Below, piece by piece: positions 12,752-24,639 of a stretch of 64,000 nucleotides of DNA (its first letter is position 1; the number at the start of each line of letters is the position of its first letter). The stretch is from Octopus sinensis (lineage: Eukaryota): positions 39,680,001 to 39,744,000 of the forward strand of contig NC_043013.1 in NCBI RefSeq assembly GCF_006345805.1, read 5' to 3'. The notes beneath the pieces are model-generated. The model saw only the letters and a list, made by a program, of their open reading frames with translations. It did no database searches and had not been told where the DNA came from. Made by a program: the position numbers and the translations under genes.

Positions 12752-13222
12752 CTGCGCCTATAAGCCACTCCTGGACTTATAGCCACAAGGAAGTGTATAA
12801 AAAATGTGAAAATATTTCGTGCTTTGTAGATGTTTAAGCAATTTATTGCAGATAAATTTTAGCAACAAAACCATATATAGAAGTCTACGGGTCATATGAA
12901 CTCCCCTGAGAAATACTGTTCTCGTTCACTGATTCTGATTAATTTTGAAAAGATGGAATTTCCGTTTTCCAACAATGAGATACAAGACTGATATATTATT
13001 TAAGTGTCTACTTGTCAAAATAAACAACAGAAGCAGAGCGCGAATTCATATGTGCCGTTAGAATTAAGAGTTGTGAAATAATGATGTTTATATTGTTAGC
13101 CCGTGCCTCTTGGAAGGTAGCGATTGAGCTAACTTATGATCAAAGTAGATCCATCTCTCTATCTACCTGTATGTATGTATGTATGTATGTATGTATGTAT
13201 GTATGTATGTATATATATTATG

Positions 13223-13266
<44 letters not shown>

Positions 13267-13279
13267 ATATTATTATATA

Positions 13280-13460
13280 TATGGTTGTTAAATGCTCGAA
13301 ATACGATTCTAGAAAAACAGTGAACAACTGATGAAGAGTCGTTCTTTATGTTGTTTGTCTTGTTTTCCATTTGTGTCTTTCGTTGTTCGAAAGAATAGTT
13401 CATGTTCCATGTACTCGTGCTTCGTACTTTTTTGTTGTACACGTTTCATGACGTCCTGTG
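13280..13460 (+). mobile_element. Short CTGATGA-containing repeat, homologous to 20925-21115
   Basis: Shared aaacag(t/g)ga(a)caactgatgaag...tatgttg...gacgtcctgt(g/a)cccacatatgc. Confidence 0.65.
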
Positions 13461-14092
13461 CCCACATATGCATACAAGCATACGTATAGATGTATGTACA
13501 TACATGTATGTATATATGCATATATATGTATATATATATTATTTATATATCTGTGTGTATATGTATTATGTATGCATGTATGCATGTATGTATGCATGTA
13601 TGTATGTATGAATGTATGTATATATGAATGTATGTATATGTACTTTTAACCGATCTTCTATAATAAAAATTGCTTAGAAATATATTTACTTGTAACAGAT
13701 AAAGATGTTTCTGCTATTAGCACGTGTCCCTTGATCGGTAGCAATTGAGTTAACTTATGATCAAAGTAGCTCTGTCTCTCTATTTACCTGTATTTTCCAC
13801 AGCCATCTTGAAGCAGACAGGGCCTCAAGATAGCTGTGGATCAAACGAGGACAGTCACTGGGTAGCTAGCTGGCCATCTGGACACAAGCTGAAATCTGAT
13901 CAGCCCCAGCTGGGTCACCTGGAGCGGGGTGTATGATGTTGAAATCCCGAAACACCCGATGATACCAGGCACATCATTGAAGATGTGTCCTGATGCATCA
14001 GTCATTGATATATGTACACAACAATATATATATATATATATTGTCCGTCCTTGTTTGTCCCCTCTATGTTTAGCCCCTTGTGGGCAATAAAG

Positions 14093-14159
<67 letters not shown>

Positions 14160-14389
14160 ATTCAACAATGTAGATAGCCTCGAGCTCGGATTAGGTGTAG
14201 TAGTGGAAATAATCCGAATTTCTATCGCTGTCAATCCTTTGTTATTTTTAGGTGCAAACAAAATTTTGAACAAAATCATCATTTTAGAAATATTTACAAT
14301 ATTATCAATATTATCATATTTTTTTTCCAATTATAAGTGTAATTTTATAATTGATTATAATAATAGACGCATTGCCTGGGATAATTTAG

Positions 14390-15056
14390 ACTATACTGAA
14401 AAATGAGGGTACAGAATCCTAGAATATTCTTAAGTATTTAACCTGGAAAAGTATAGAACAAGTAGTAGCAGAATGAAAATTCCGCGCTCAGAGTACAAGA
14501 ATATTTTTATGTATTAAAACTCGAAAAGTACAGGACATAAAGAAAAAACTTTAGAATATTGCTTCTGAAGTTGGAATTTGCTAAATATATTTCAGAAATT
14601 GTTCTGCACATAGTGTGTGGAGATTTTTTGAGATTTTTTAATATTTTTAAAAATATATTATTTAATATTTTTATTTTAAAATTTCTTTGTTTTAAGTTAA
14701 AACATTAGGGTTTATAATTTTTCTTAAATTGCTGTTATGTGATTTTTTTAAAATATGTATTTATAATATAATATAAAATGTGTAAATCGTGTAAATTTGC
14801 AGGAAATGTGTAAATTTCCAGGAAATAAGTCTTTTCACGAAAATTGAAAATAAATAGCATCTTGAGTATTTTGATTAATAAAAATATATAAAACAGGGTT
14901 TATTATTTTTTTAGTTTTTAAATTCTAACTTCAGCAGAAAGTTCTTTTTTTTTCTTCTTATCCTGTACAATTAATTACGGCTTACTCTTTAGTTTTCTAA
15001 ATTCAATACTTAAGAATATTCAAGGATTTTGGGCCTGCGTTTTATATTACAGTATT
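14390..15056. mobile_element. Old AT-rich fold-back / MITE-like element
   Basis: 14412-14441 pairs with 15002-15031 (3 mismatches); 14528-14579 pairs imperfectly with 14920-14968. Confidence 0.7.
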
Positions 15057-15125
15057 TGCGCTCGCGTTTTTTTTATTATAGATATATTTACTAACCACCA
15101 ATGCAAAAGGGACCTTAGAGACCTT

Positions 15126-15169
15126 GGGACCTTGAAGACTGCTTTAATGCAAGAAAGTATACTAGTCTC
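15126..15169 (+). ncRNA. Minimal hammerhead-like motif (CUUGAAGA variant); element extends to ~15260
   Basis: GGGAC CTTGAAGA C TGC TTTAAT GCA A GAAA GTATAC TA GTCTC; homolog of 1197-1240. Confidence 0.6.
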
Positions 15170-15359
15170 TTAATATTTTATATTCACTTTTTCATCTATT
15201 CAATACGACAATCAATACATCATTTCATTATACTATATATACAATATATACTTTTTATACTATATATTCTATCTTCTACATTAATATCATAAACAATATA
15301 AATGAAACATAAAAAACAGACAGAGTTGGAATTTCTTTGGATAATGTACATATATATAT

Positions 15360-15390
<31 letters not shown>

Positions 15391-15420
15391 TACAGGCATG
15401 CACACACACATACACACGCA

Positions 15421-15490
<70 letters not shown>

Positions 15491-15742
15491 CGCACAAACA
15501 CACACGCACATTCATACACAACAGTATAGGTAGACAAATATAGATACTCATCTACACACACTTTCACTATATAGATACGACACGAGACCATAATATTTAC
15601 ACAGTATATATGTAAAATATGTATACATATACGAGTGTCTACGTCTGTATAAATGTCTGTCTGTATCTCGGTCCGTGTCTGTGTGTGTTTGTGTTGTATA
15701 TATGTATCTACATATTTAAGTATATATGTAAGCATGCATACA

Positions 15743-15778
<36 letters not shown>

Positions 15779-15885
15779 TTATATATATATATATATAATA
15801 TATAAATAAATATAATATATATATACATACATATATATATGTATATATATATATATATAATATATATATAATATATATATAATAT

Positions 15886-15939
<54 letters not shown>

Positions 15940-16109
15940 TTGTTACCAAAGACTGTATATATGTAATGTAGCATTTTGTAACAACCAATAATTAACGCAA
16001 CCAAACTTCTCCATGTTACTTTTGACAATCTTTTTCCAAGAGTGAAAAGCGTAAAGTAAATAAACATCTTTTAAAATTGCATTTTCCAACCTTCTTTCGT
16101 ATATATATA

Positions 16110-16260
16110 TATAGGGAGAATTCACAAAAAAAACAAAAACAAAAGACGAAGACAGGTGGTTTAGATGTATTAGTATAACACTCGCCAATTGAAAAAGTCT
16201 TTAACGCTTCGAGCCTACGCTCTTCCACAGAAAGAAACAAGGAGACATATACATACATAC
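16110..16260 (-). mobile_element. Short Penelope-like element with degenerate minimal hammerhead (16198-16235)
   Basis: Minus: TCTTT CTGTGGAA GAGC GTAG GCTC GAAGCGTT AAAGA; homolog at 58394; 3' end in (TA)n. Confidence 0.6.
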
Positions 16261-16312
16261 ATGGCCACAGATCTGAACTGAAACTACAAAATATATATGT
16301 TTGTATATATAT

Positions 16313-16360
<48 letters not shown>

Positions 16361-16669
16361 TATAATATATATATAATATATATATGACTACATCTTTAGC
16401 CCTTGGTGTAGTTACAGAAGCCACTCTCCCACAGAGTTTGTGCAACAGTAAGCAATGAATACTGAAGTCTTGCTCTGTCAGCTTTTCATAATGTATTTGT
16501 CAAAACATATTGTTCTCGAAAGAACTGGTATCATTTGCATATAACTTCTTTAAGGTTCGTGATTTGCATATTCAAATGAATTCGGGCTTGTCAAAAAAAC
16601 GCACCGTCCGTATTTAATCTGTAATTAGCATCCAGGCGCATCAGAATATTTATATAACGCACGCTGCTA

Positions 16670-16832
16670 GTGGTGGTAGTGGTAGTGGTGGTCGTGGTGG
16701 TCGTGGTCGTGGTCGTGGTGGTAGTGGTGGTAAGGGCTGTAGATTGCGGTGACGCTAATTAAGGTAGAGCTGGTAGTTATGATTGCGGCGGTGGCTGTTT
16801 GAAATAATACTGGTGGAGGTTACGATGCTGCT

Positions 16833-16863
<31 letters not shown>

Positions 16864-17320
16864 ATAGTGGTTGTGGTGGGGCTGGTGGTGATGTTGGTGG
16901 TAGTCTTGGTGTCGATGGTGGCGTTATTGGTCGGATATGGTTGACGTAGAGCAAGTGGTGGTACTGACAATGGTGACGGCGGTGACGCAGATGCCGGTGA
17001 CGATGACAATTATCGTGGAGGTGATGGCGGCAGAGGTGGCGTTGTTGTTGGTTGCGGTGGTGGTGGCAGCGGCGGTGGAGTTTGCGGAGGTCGCGGTGGT
17101 GGTGATGGTAGTGGTGGTTGTGGTGGTGGTTTGTGCTTAGGTGGTCACGACTGCAGTAAGAATTTAATATGTTTACATGGAGCCAAGGAGGTGGTACCTG
17201 TCATGTGGCGGTGTGGTGACGACTATGGAATCGGTAGCCGATGGTGGTGATGGTGGTGGTGATGGTGTTGCTTCTGTTGCTGCTGCAGGTGATGACGCTG
17301 ATGATGATCCTGTAGCTAAC
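16670..17320. repeat. Compound trinucleotide low-complexity tract (GGT/GAT/GCT/GTT)
   Basis: Directly visible; similar tracts at 3620-3850, 17950-18200, 37330-37400 and 42530-42680. Confidence 0.85.
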
Positions 17321-18599
17321 AATGGACCGTGTCTCGCGGTCAGTAAGACGAGGCAGTGAATCTAAATTAACGCATGTCACTTGCAGCAACCTCTTCCTCA
17401 AGATACAAATACACCACACACACACACACACACACACATACACACATACACACACACACACACACACACATTCACACGCAAACACAAATTCACATATCAC
17501 ACATACATACATGTATACACACAAACACACACATACATATATGTATACACTCATATATGCATACACGTATAGATACACACACATACACATTCACGCGCAA
17601 AACACCTATTCACACACGGCACACACGCACACACACACATATATATATACACACATATATACACATTACATATGTATAGACACACACACATGCACGCACG
17701 TTCTTTGCAAAACAAATTTTTACACTTTCTCTTTCTCTTTCTCTCTCTTTCTGTCTTTTCTTTTCTTTTTTTTTTTTCCTAATTATCTTAACTTAAAGGT
17801 TGATTGAATTGATTAATTGATTTAAAAGGTAAAGTGGTGCGAAATGAAGTAATTTTAGACAATTTGCATCTTGCGTTCGAATCACGCATATGGTACGACA
17901 CTCAAGCCTGAATTGGTCGATTTACTCGACTGCACACCACGTGATCAAAATCTGTGGCACATTTGTTGTTGTTATTACTGTTGTTATTTTCATTGTAGTT
18001 ATTTTTGTTGTTGTTATTATCATTGTTGTTCTGTTGTTATTGTTGTACTTTTGTTGTTGTTATTGTGGTTGCTATTGTTGTTTTGTTTTTGTTGTTGTTG
18101 TTGATATTTTGGTGTTGTTATTGTTGTGATTGTCGTTTTTACTGTCGTTGTTATGCTGTTGTTGTTGTTGATGATGTTGTTGTTGCTGTTGTCAGTTTTG
18201 TTTTGGGTATGACTCTAAACTGCACCCGGTGGTGGGGCCCTGGTACGGAAGTTCAATCCCTTGTTTTTCCCAGGTCTTCTCTGGCTCGGAGTAGTAACAC
18301 CAATCAGGGTTCCATCAATGGGTTAATTAGCATATTAGGGCACGCCTACTTATGCATATGAAGAGAAAACTGGATCCGTCGGACGCTGCGGAAGAAACCT
18401 TCGTGGTTCATGGGAGGAAAAGGCGACTACAGTAACGCAATGAGGAGTACAGAGAACAGGCCGAAGCACGTTAGATATCTTGGTTACCCACTGCATTTTT
18501 CTCCATTCCCAGTTTCCCAGTTATCTTGTCCTGGTCATTCCTAGTTGTCTTGTCTTCTAGGCTGCAGATGATTATGGACAAGAAAGTGAGGTTGACAGT

Positions 18600-19140
18600 G
18601 TACAACTCTTTTTCGCTTTAAATAAAATCACTGCACAAGCCAATAGCCATCCTTAAGGATGTCGATGTCTTCAGATAGGTTTGTGCAATGATATTCCTAG
18701 CATATAAGGCGGCGAGCTGGCAAAAACGTTAGCACACCGGGCGAAATGCGTAGCCGTATTTCGTCTGCCGTTACGTTCAGAGTTCAAATCACGCCGAGGT
18801 CGACTTTGCCTTTCATCCTTTCGGGGTCGATAAATTAAGTACCAGTTACGCACTGGGGTCGATGTAATCGACTTAATCCGTTTGTCTGTCCTTGTTTGTC
18901 CCCTCTATGTTTAGCCCCTTGTGGGTAATAAAGAAACATATATTCCTAGCATGGTTCTTTCCATGGCCTTTTTATTCGGAGCAAATCGATGTTCTTCCCT
19001 CTTCGTAGTAGCCCACGTCTCTCTAGCGTACAAGAGCGCAGGCAAAACGGCGCTTTCAAGAATTTGGTGCGCACGGTCGTGTCCAGTTGTGTTTTGAGCT
19101 CATCCTTCATTGAGGTAAAAGCCTTTCACTTTATCCTTGT
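18600..19140 (-). mobile_element. RTE-clade LINE fragment, split by a SINE
   Basis: Minus strand reads ...VLPALLYARETWATTKREEHRFAPNKKAMERTMLGI..., typical of the RTE post-RT region; continues across the SINE insertion. Confidence 0.75.
18704..18939 (+). mobile_element. SINE family A (tRNA-derived), full length with 13-bp TSD
   Basis: A-box-like tggcaaaaacg, B-box-like gagttcaaatc; TSD atattcctagcat at 18691-18703 and 18940-18952. Confidence 0.93.
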
Positions 19141-20042
19141 TCTCTTTAAGATTTTAATATCTGTCTGATGCATATGTCGTAGTCATCGCTGCTGTTATTT
19201 CCGTTGTTTAACCTTTGTTTAGCCTTGATCAATAAAACTTTTGATAATAAAAGGCGTTCCTATCGTGATCAATTCGTGCATATTTGTATATCAGCGACTA
19301 CATTGTTCACTGTATACGATTTTTATTTTTATACGGTAGGCTGCAATTTTAAAGAGATTTGACTGTTATTTCTAGCAAATTCAACAACTGTACAAGGACT
19401 TGCTCACTGACAGAGTGTGCTCAATCCCGGTTGTAGTCATTTCAGTGGATTTATATTGATAAAGTCCCTCTTGGAAAATGAAGTAACGATATTTTCAATG
19501 GGGAAAGACATTAATGTTATACATTCTCATTTCTACCCTTCAAGAACAGCGGATTTTGTACAGCTATAAATTTTATTTTAGAACGTAAAGAAGCGATGAT
19601 AGTAGAAAAGAGTTTTCCCAATCCATACTGGATTGGGTTTTGGTTTCGACTCCAGATAGTGAGTGAATCATGTCAACTGTAACAGGTATGAATAACATGA
19701 CAGCTTCTTTTTCTATTCTATTTTTTTTTATAATTCTATACTTCAAACTTATCAAAGACATAGAATCCATCAAGTCAATTATATTAGGTGACAATGGAAA
19801 GGTGAAGAGAAAACTTCCGGATTTAATTGAAGGAGAGGAGGAAGTGATGATCAGTCACGAAGTACCACGTGATTGTCGGAACAGGGTCGATTCCACGAAA
19901 GATAGCCAATGGCTCGAGTTTCCATTTTAAAAATATTTTATCTTAGGATATAGTATGATATGTTGCAGTGTGAGATTGAACCCGAAACTACGATATTGCG
20001 AAGCAATTTTCTTAGTCGCGCAACCCTGCGTCTGCCGATTTA

Positions 20043-20412
20043 TCTCTCTATATATAAACGGCAGTTTGTCTGTGTGTGTTTCTGTGTGTCTGTTAGGTTG
20101 TACCCTCACCCTGACCACGGCTTTCAACCGATTCTGATGAAACTTGACACACACATAGCCCAATGTCATTATTCAAAACTAACGCAGCGAAAATTTTGAA
20201 AAGTTCCCCCAGTTCTGAAAAAAATCGATAAATTCAACATGGGGTCGAGAATCAGAAATACAAACCACAGACTGTCTAGGGGACGCAACTCGACCTTTTT
20301 AACTAAAAAAAATTTACCATAATTTTTTTCCCAGTTTTTGGCTATAACTCTCTAAAAATGCTTTATAGTTATTTCCCTTACAAACCCGAGCAACGCCGGG
20401 CGATACTGCTAG
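20043..20412 (+). mobile_element. Non-autonomous Helitron
   Basis: Starts TC after A; ends with hairpin cccgagcaacgccggg then ...ctgCTAG followed by T (A|T target). Confidence 0.85.
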
Positions 20413-20924
20413 TCAATTATAAAGTGTGTTTTTATAGTCTTAATTTGCATATCTCTATATAGTAATAGCCTATATAATTATTGGTTGGTTGATTGCTTGA
20501 TTTTCTTTCAGTCATGTTTTACATCATATAGAGAGAGGGAAGGGAGAGGGAGAGAAAGAGATTTATCATAACAGAGGGAAAGACGAATGCATATATTAGG
20601 CTTGGAGGAAGGCAATGAGTGAATGAACGACAAAACGTCACGCACACACACGCCCGCATGTAGAGAAAGAATCAGAGAGAGAGAGTGGAGGAAAAGGAGG
20701 AAAAAAAGATATGTATATGTATATATACTCGGGAAAGGATACCTGACTCTTTTCATAAGCTCCACCTCCTAGCATTCAATAATAATTTTTCTATCGTCTT
20801 GGCTTAACACCCCTCATCGATTGTTTTTACAGCCTTGTTCTCACTGTCCTGTTCTTGTTACCACTTTCACCCTCCGCAAAAAATGCCAAATTTTATTTAA
20901 TTTGCTTTGCGGGAAGGACTGTTT

Positions 20925-21115
20925 CAAAGAAGTCGCGTCTTGTCCTTGCCTTAGAAAACGCGGAGTAGATGAAACAGGGACAACTGATGAAGGGGAATAT
21001 TCTATATGTTGCATGTCTCTTTTCTCTGTTTGTTTTTTCGTTTTCTATGTTTTCGTTTTTATGTTTTCGTTTCTCATTGTGTTCAACGTTGTTTGATGTC
21101 CTGTACCCATATATG
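20925..21115 (+). mobile_element. Short CTGATGA-containing repeat, homologous to 13280-13460
   Basis: Contains cgcgtc-TTGTCCTTG...CAGGGACAA-CTGATGA. Confidence 0.6.
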
Positions 21116-21282
21116 CATGTATATATACATATATATGTAGGTATGTACATATATGTATGTATACATACATATATTTATACATATGTATATATACACGCAC
21201 ATACGTATAGAAATATATATATATATATATATTATATTTATATGCGTATATGCGTGTATATATACATATATGTGTATATATG

Positions 21283-21317
<35 letters not shown>

Positions 21318-21789
21318 GAGAGAGCAGGAAAGAGAGAGAGAGAAAGAGAAACAAAGAAAGGTATGGTGTGTGTATGAGTGTCTGTGCCTGTGTGTGTATG
21401 TGTGTGTGTGTGTGTGTGTGTGTATGAATATGGGTGAGTGAGTGCGTGTAAGCAGGTGTGTGAAAATTACCACAGAGAGTAATTTTGCTTTTAGAATCGC
21501 TTTCCTTTATGAATGTTCTTTTAAGTAATTTTATCTCAGTTTTCTTTCAAAAATTAGTATTCAGTTCCTCCTTTTGTATAAACACTAAGTTATTTGAGAA
21601 AAAAAAGCAAGTCAAATTATAATTACTAAATGTACACCGTGTCTCCTGATAATACCCATAGTGTCAAATGTATACTTCCTAAGTTCTACGCTATATAACG
21701 ACTAAAGCTCACTTGTATATATACAAATATATGCACACACACACACACACACACACACACCACACACACACACACACATAATATATATA

Positions 21790-21830
<41 letters not shown>

Positions 21831-21927
21831 TATCTATATATATATAAGCATTAATAAATCTCTGAACGAGATATAAACAGTAACCGCTCGACAATATATA
21901 TACAAATACACACGCACACGCACACAT

Positions 21928-21982
<55 letters not shown>

Positions 21983-22129
21983 GTTGGAATTTACAAAATA
22001 AACAGCAAAAGACGAAGACAGGTGTGTAACACAATATCAGGGTGGCTAGACGTAATTCATGACAAAAAAAGAAATACCTCACCTTGGTCACTTTTAGTGA
22101 CGCTGAAGTATATTTCAGAAATTTGAGTT

Positions 22130-22291
22130 TTTGTGATCACGTGTATGCTGTAGTTTGCTATTTTACCATGGACAGTGCGTTGAAATTTTGCGTGGAACTT
22201 GGGAACTCTGCTACAGAGACACTGAGCATGCTTCGCAAAGCTTACAGAGACGAAGTAATGATTCGTACGCAATGTTTCGAGTGGCACTGGC

Positions 22292-22293
<2 letters not shown>
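22130..22293 (+). pseudogene. Mariner (irritans-like) transposase N-terminal fragment
   Basis: LKFCVELGNSATETLSMLRKAYRDEVMIRTQCFEWH, then interrupted by (CT)n(TA)n(GA)n. Confidence 0.8.
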
Positions 22294-22377
<84 letters not shown>

Positions 22378-22692
22378 AGAGAGAGAGAGAGAGAGAGATG
22401 TAAAAGTAAGATCCAAGAATCAAGGTGTGGGAAGATAGTGAATTTCAAGCAGTCTGTAGCAGATATAAAAACCAGCTTTCAGAAACAATGGTGTTTTACT
22501 GGCACAGAAGATTGTGAATGTTTCCGTATCGAAGTACGATAAGCTGAAAAAAAGGTTATTTTATAGTTCACGGTTAGCAACAGGGGTTGCTGTATATGCC
22601 AATAAATATCCAAAAATTAGAGAATGGAATAGATAAACATTATTTACATTATTTACATTTGACGGATATTTGTCCTAATCTTGTTTGTTGTT

Positions 22693-22738
22693 AACACAAC
22701 GTTTCGGCTGATATACCCTCCAGCCTTCATCAGGTGTT
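22693..22738 (-). ncRNA. Minimal type I hammerhead in a Penelope-pLTR-like fragment (22620-22790)
   Basis: Minus: AACAC CTGATGA A GGCTG GAGGGTATAT CAGCC GAAA CG TT GTGTT. Perfect 5-bp stems I and II; ACGT palindrome as helix III. Confidence 0.75.
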
Positions 22739-22817
22739 CTGGGGAAATTTCGAACCTGGGTTTTCATTCCCAAGGTATTTTTCGATATTGTTATTATTAT
22801 TATTATCATCATCATCA

Positions 22818-22866
<49 letters not shown>

Positions 22867-22980
22867 CATTATTCACGTCACTGCTTGGAATCGAACTCGG
22901 AATATATAAGCAAAGTTCGAGAGGGAAACACACACATACACACACCCATATGTCTATATATATATATGTATATATGTATG

Positions 22981-23011
<31 letters not shown>

Positions 23012-23044
23012 ATATGTATGTACACATACATATGTATGTGTGTG

Positions 23045-23416
23045 TGAATGAGAAAAAGAAGGAAATGGTAAAATTTGACATATCGACATGAGTTTATCCA
23101 AAGATATTCAAATCAAAATAATAGGAGATTCTTATCCCTACAGCTGTTTCCATAGCCATTTAATTCAATTAGATAACTTGAATTAAATTAATTTCAAACT
23201 TTCTTTATGGAAAATTCTCCCCTGATGAAATACCCAATTAACCAGTTTCAATATGAAATTTTTATTTAATTTAATGTAATTTTAATTAATCTAATTGAAT
23301 TACTTGGCTATGGAAACAGCTGTAGGGATAAAAATTTTATATTATATTGACTTGAATATATTTGAATAAACTGTTGTCTAAATATCAAATTCTCCATTGT
23401 CTTATTTTCTCATTCA
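23045..23416 (+). mobile_element. Fold-back element (~140-bp imperfect arms) with internal hammerhead
   Basis: tgaatgagaaaa...ttatccctacagctgtttccatagcc mirrored by ggctatggaaacagctgtagggataa...ttttctcattca; right end abuts TATATA. Confidence 0.85.
23215..23331 (+). ncRNA. Type I hammerhead with long stem II
   Basis: TTCTCCC (23215-21) CTGATGA (23222-28) ... GAAA (23313-16) CAGCTG TA (cleavage after 23324) GGGATAA (23325-31); ACAGCTGT palindrome. Base of stem II is imperfect. Confidence 0.65.
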
Positions 23417-24094
23417 TATATAACTTAAATACCCATATCCATCAATGCAAAACTAAACACTGGTAAAAACCGAAGAACTAGGATGCAAACGTCCCTTAAA
23501 GGATTATAGGTCTTTGGCATACTTATAGGGAGAAGATTCATAAAATACGTTCGGGTATCATAAACTGGTGAGTTCTAGCATTTCTCTGGTTGGACAGATT
23601 GAAGTCTAATTAGCTGTAAATAATAACTACGCTACCTTGCCTTGGGCCTTAAAAACTTCTGATGGCGTCATAGAGATCCCGACGTGATATATGATATGTA
23701 TTGGGCAGTGCAAAGCTGGCAGAGTCATTTAATCTTCAGGCCTGAACAAAATCGATTTCTTCCCGAAATAGAATGCTTAAATTTATATACCCAACCAACT
23801 CAGTATCGCGCTGTTATTTTTTTCCTGTCGACTGCAAGTGGCTGAAAGGCTAGCTTGAGACTTCGATGGGTTTTGAACACAGAGGTGGAAAGGACTTCAT
23901 GACATGTGATTCCATTTGAAGCCCTAACCACTCGGTCAATTTACCATCTTAGTAACCACGTTCTGTTATGCGATTCGCATCATATCTGTAAATGGCAGGA
24001 TCATTCTTTCATTGATTGGTGTCTCATTAGCTTGAGATCAAAACGAAGCTGAAATCTAGAAAGCTTGTTTGACTTCCAAATATCCACGCAGCAT

Positions 24095-24290
24095 AAGGCG
24101 GCCAGCTGGCAGAATAGTTAGCGCGCCGGACGAAATGTTTAGCGGGATTTCGTCTACCTTTACGTTCTGAGATCAAATTCCGCCGAGGTTGACTTTACTT
24201 TTTATCCTTTCGGGGTCGATAAATTAAGAACCAGTTGCATACTGGGATCGATCTAATCGACTGAACCCCTCCCCAGAAACTTCGGGCCTT
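24095..24290 (+). mobile_element. SINE family A
   Basis: Homologous to 18704-18939 with an alternative 3' end. Confidence 0.88.
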
Positions 24291-24639
24291 GCTCCGAAAT
24301 TTTTGGGCAGGTGGGCCTAGAGTAGAAAAGAATGTCTACGCAGCACGACAACAGATATGTTTTAGACTTGATGCAATGCCCCAGTATATTTATTATACAA
24401 CAAACTCAATACCTCACTCAATAAACACTGCTAATTTGGTTCCACTTTGGCACGTGATCTACATCCTAAAGGGCGATTACTTTAGGTTACTTTTTAGTTT
24501 ACTTCTCAAATTCTAAAAGCCCTTAACTGCAGTCAAAATATGTTTTTACAATATTACTTTTTTTTTACATACTTGGCATTGTAAATGTAGTTTTTGAAAA
24601 TTGTTATTATTTTTACGGAGATGTACTTGCTTGGCAAGT

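Noticed and set aside
13930-13997. C/D snoRNA-like layout (ATGATGT ... CTGA with 4-bp terminal stem)
   Set aside because: Imperfect C box, antisense to the probable host gene, and no rRNA/snRNA complement recognised.
18704-18800. tRNA genes
   Set aside because: A/B-box-like heads belong to SINEs with long non-tRNA bodies; no complete cloverleaf was seen.
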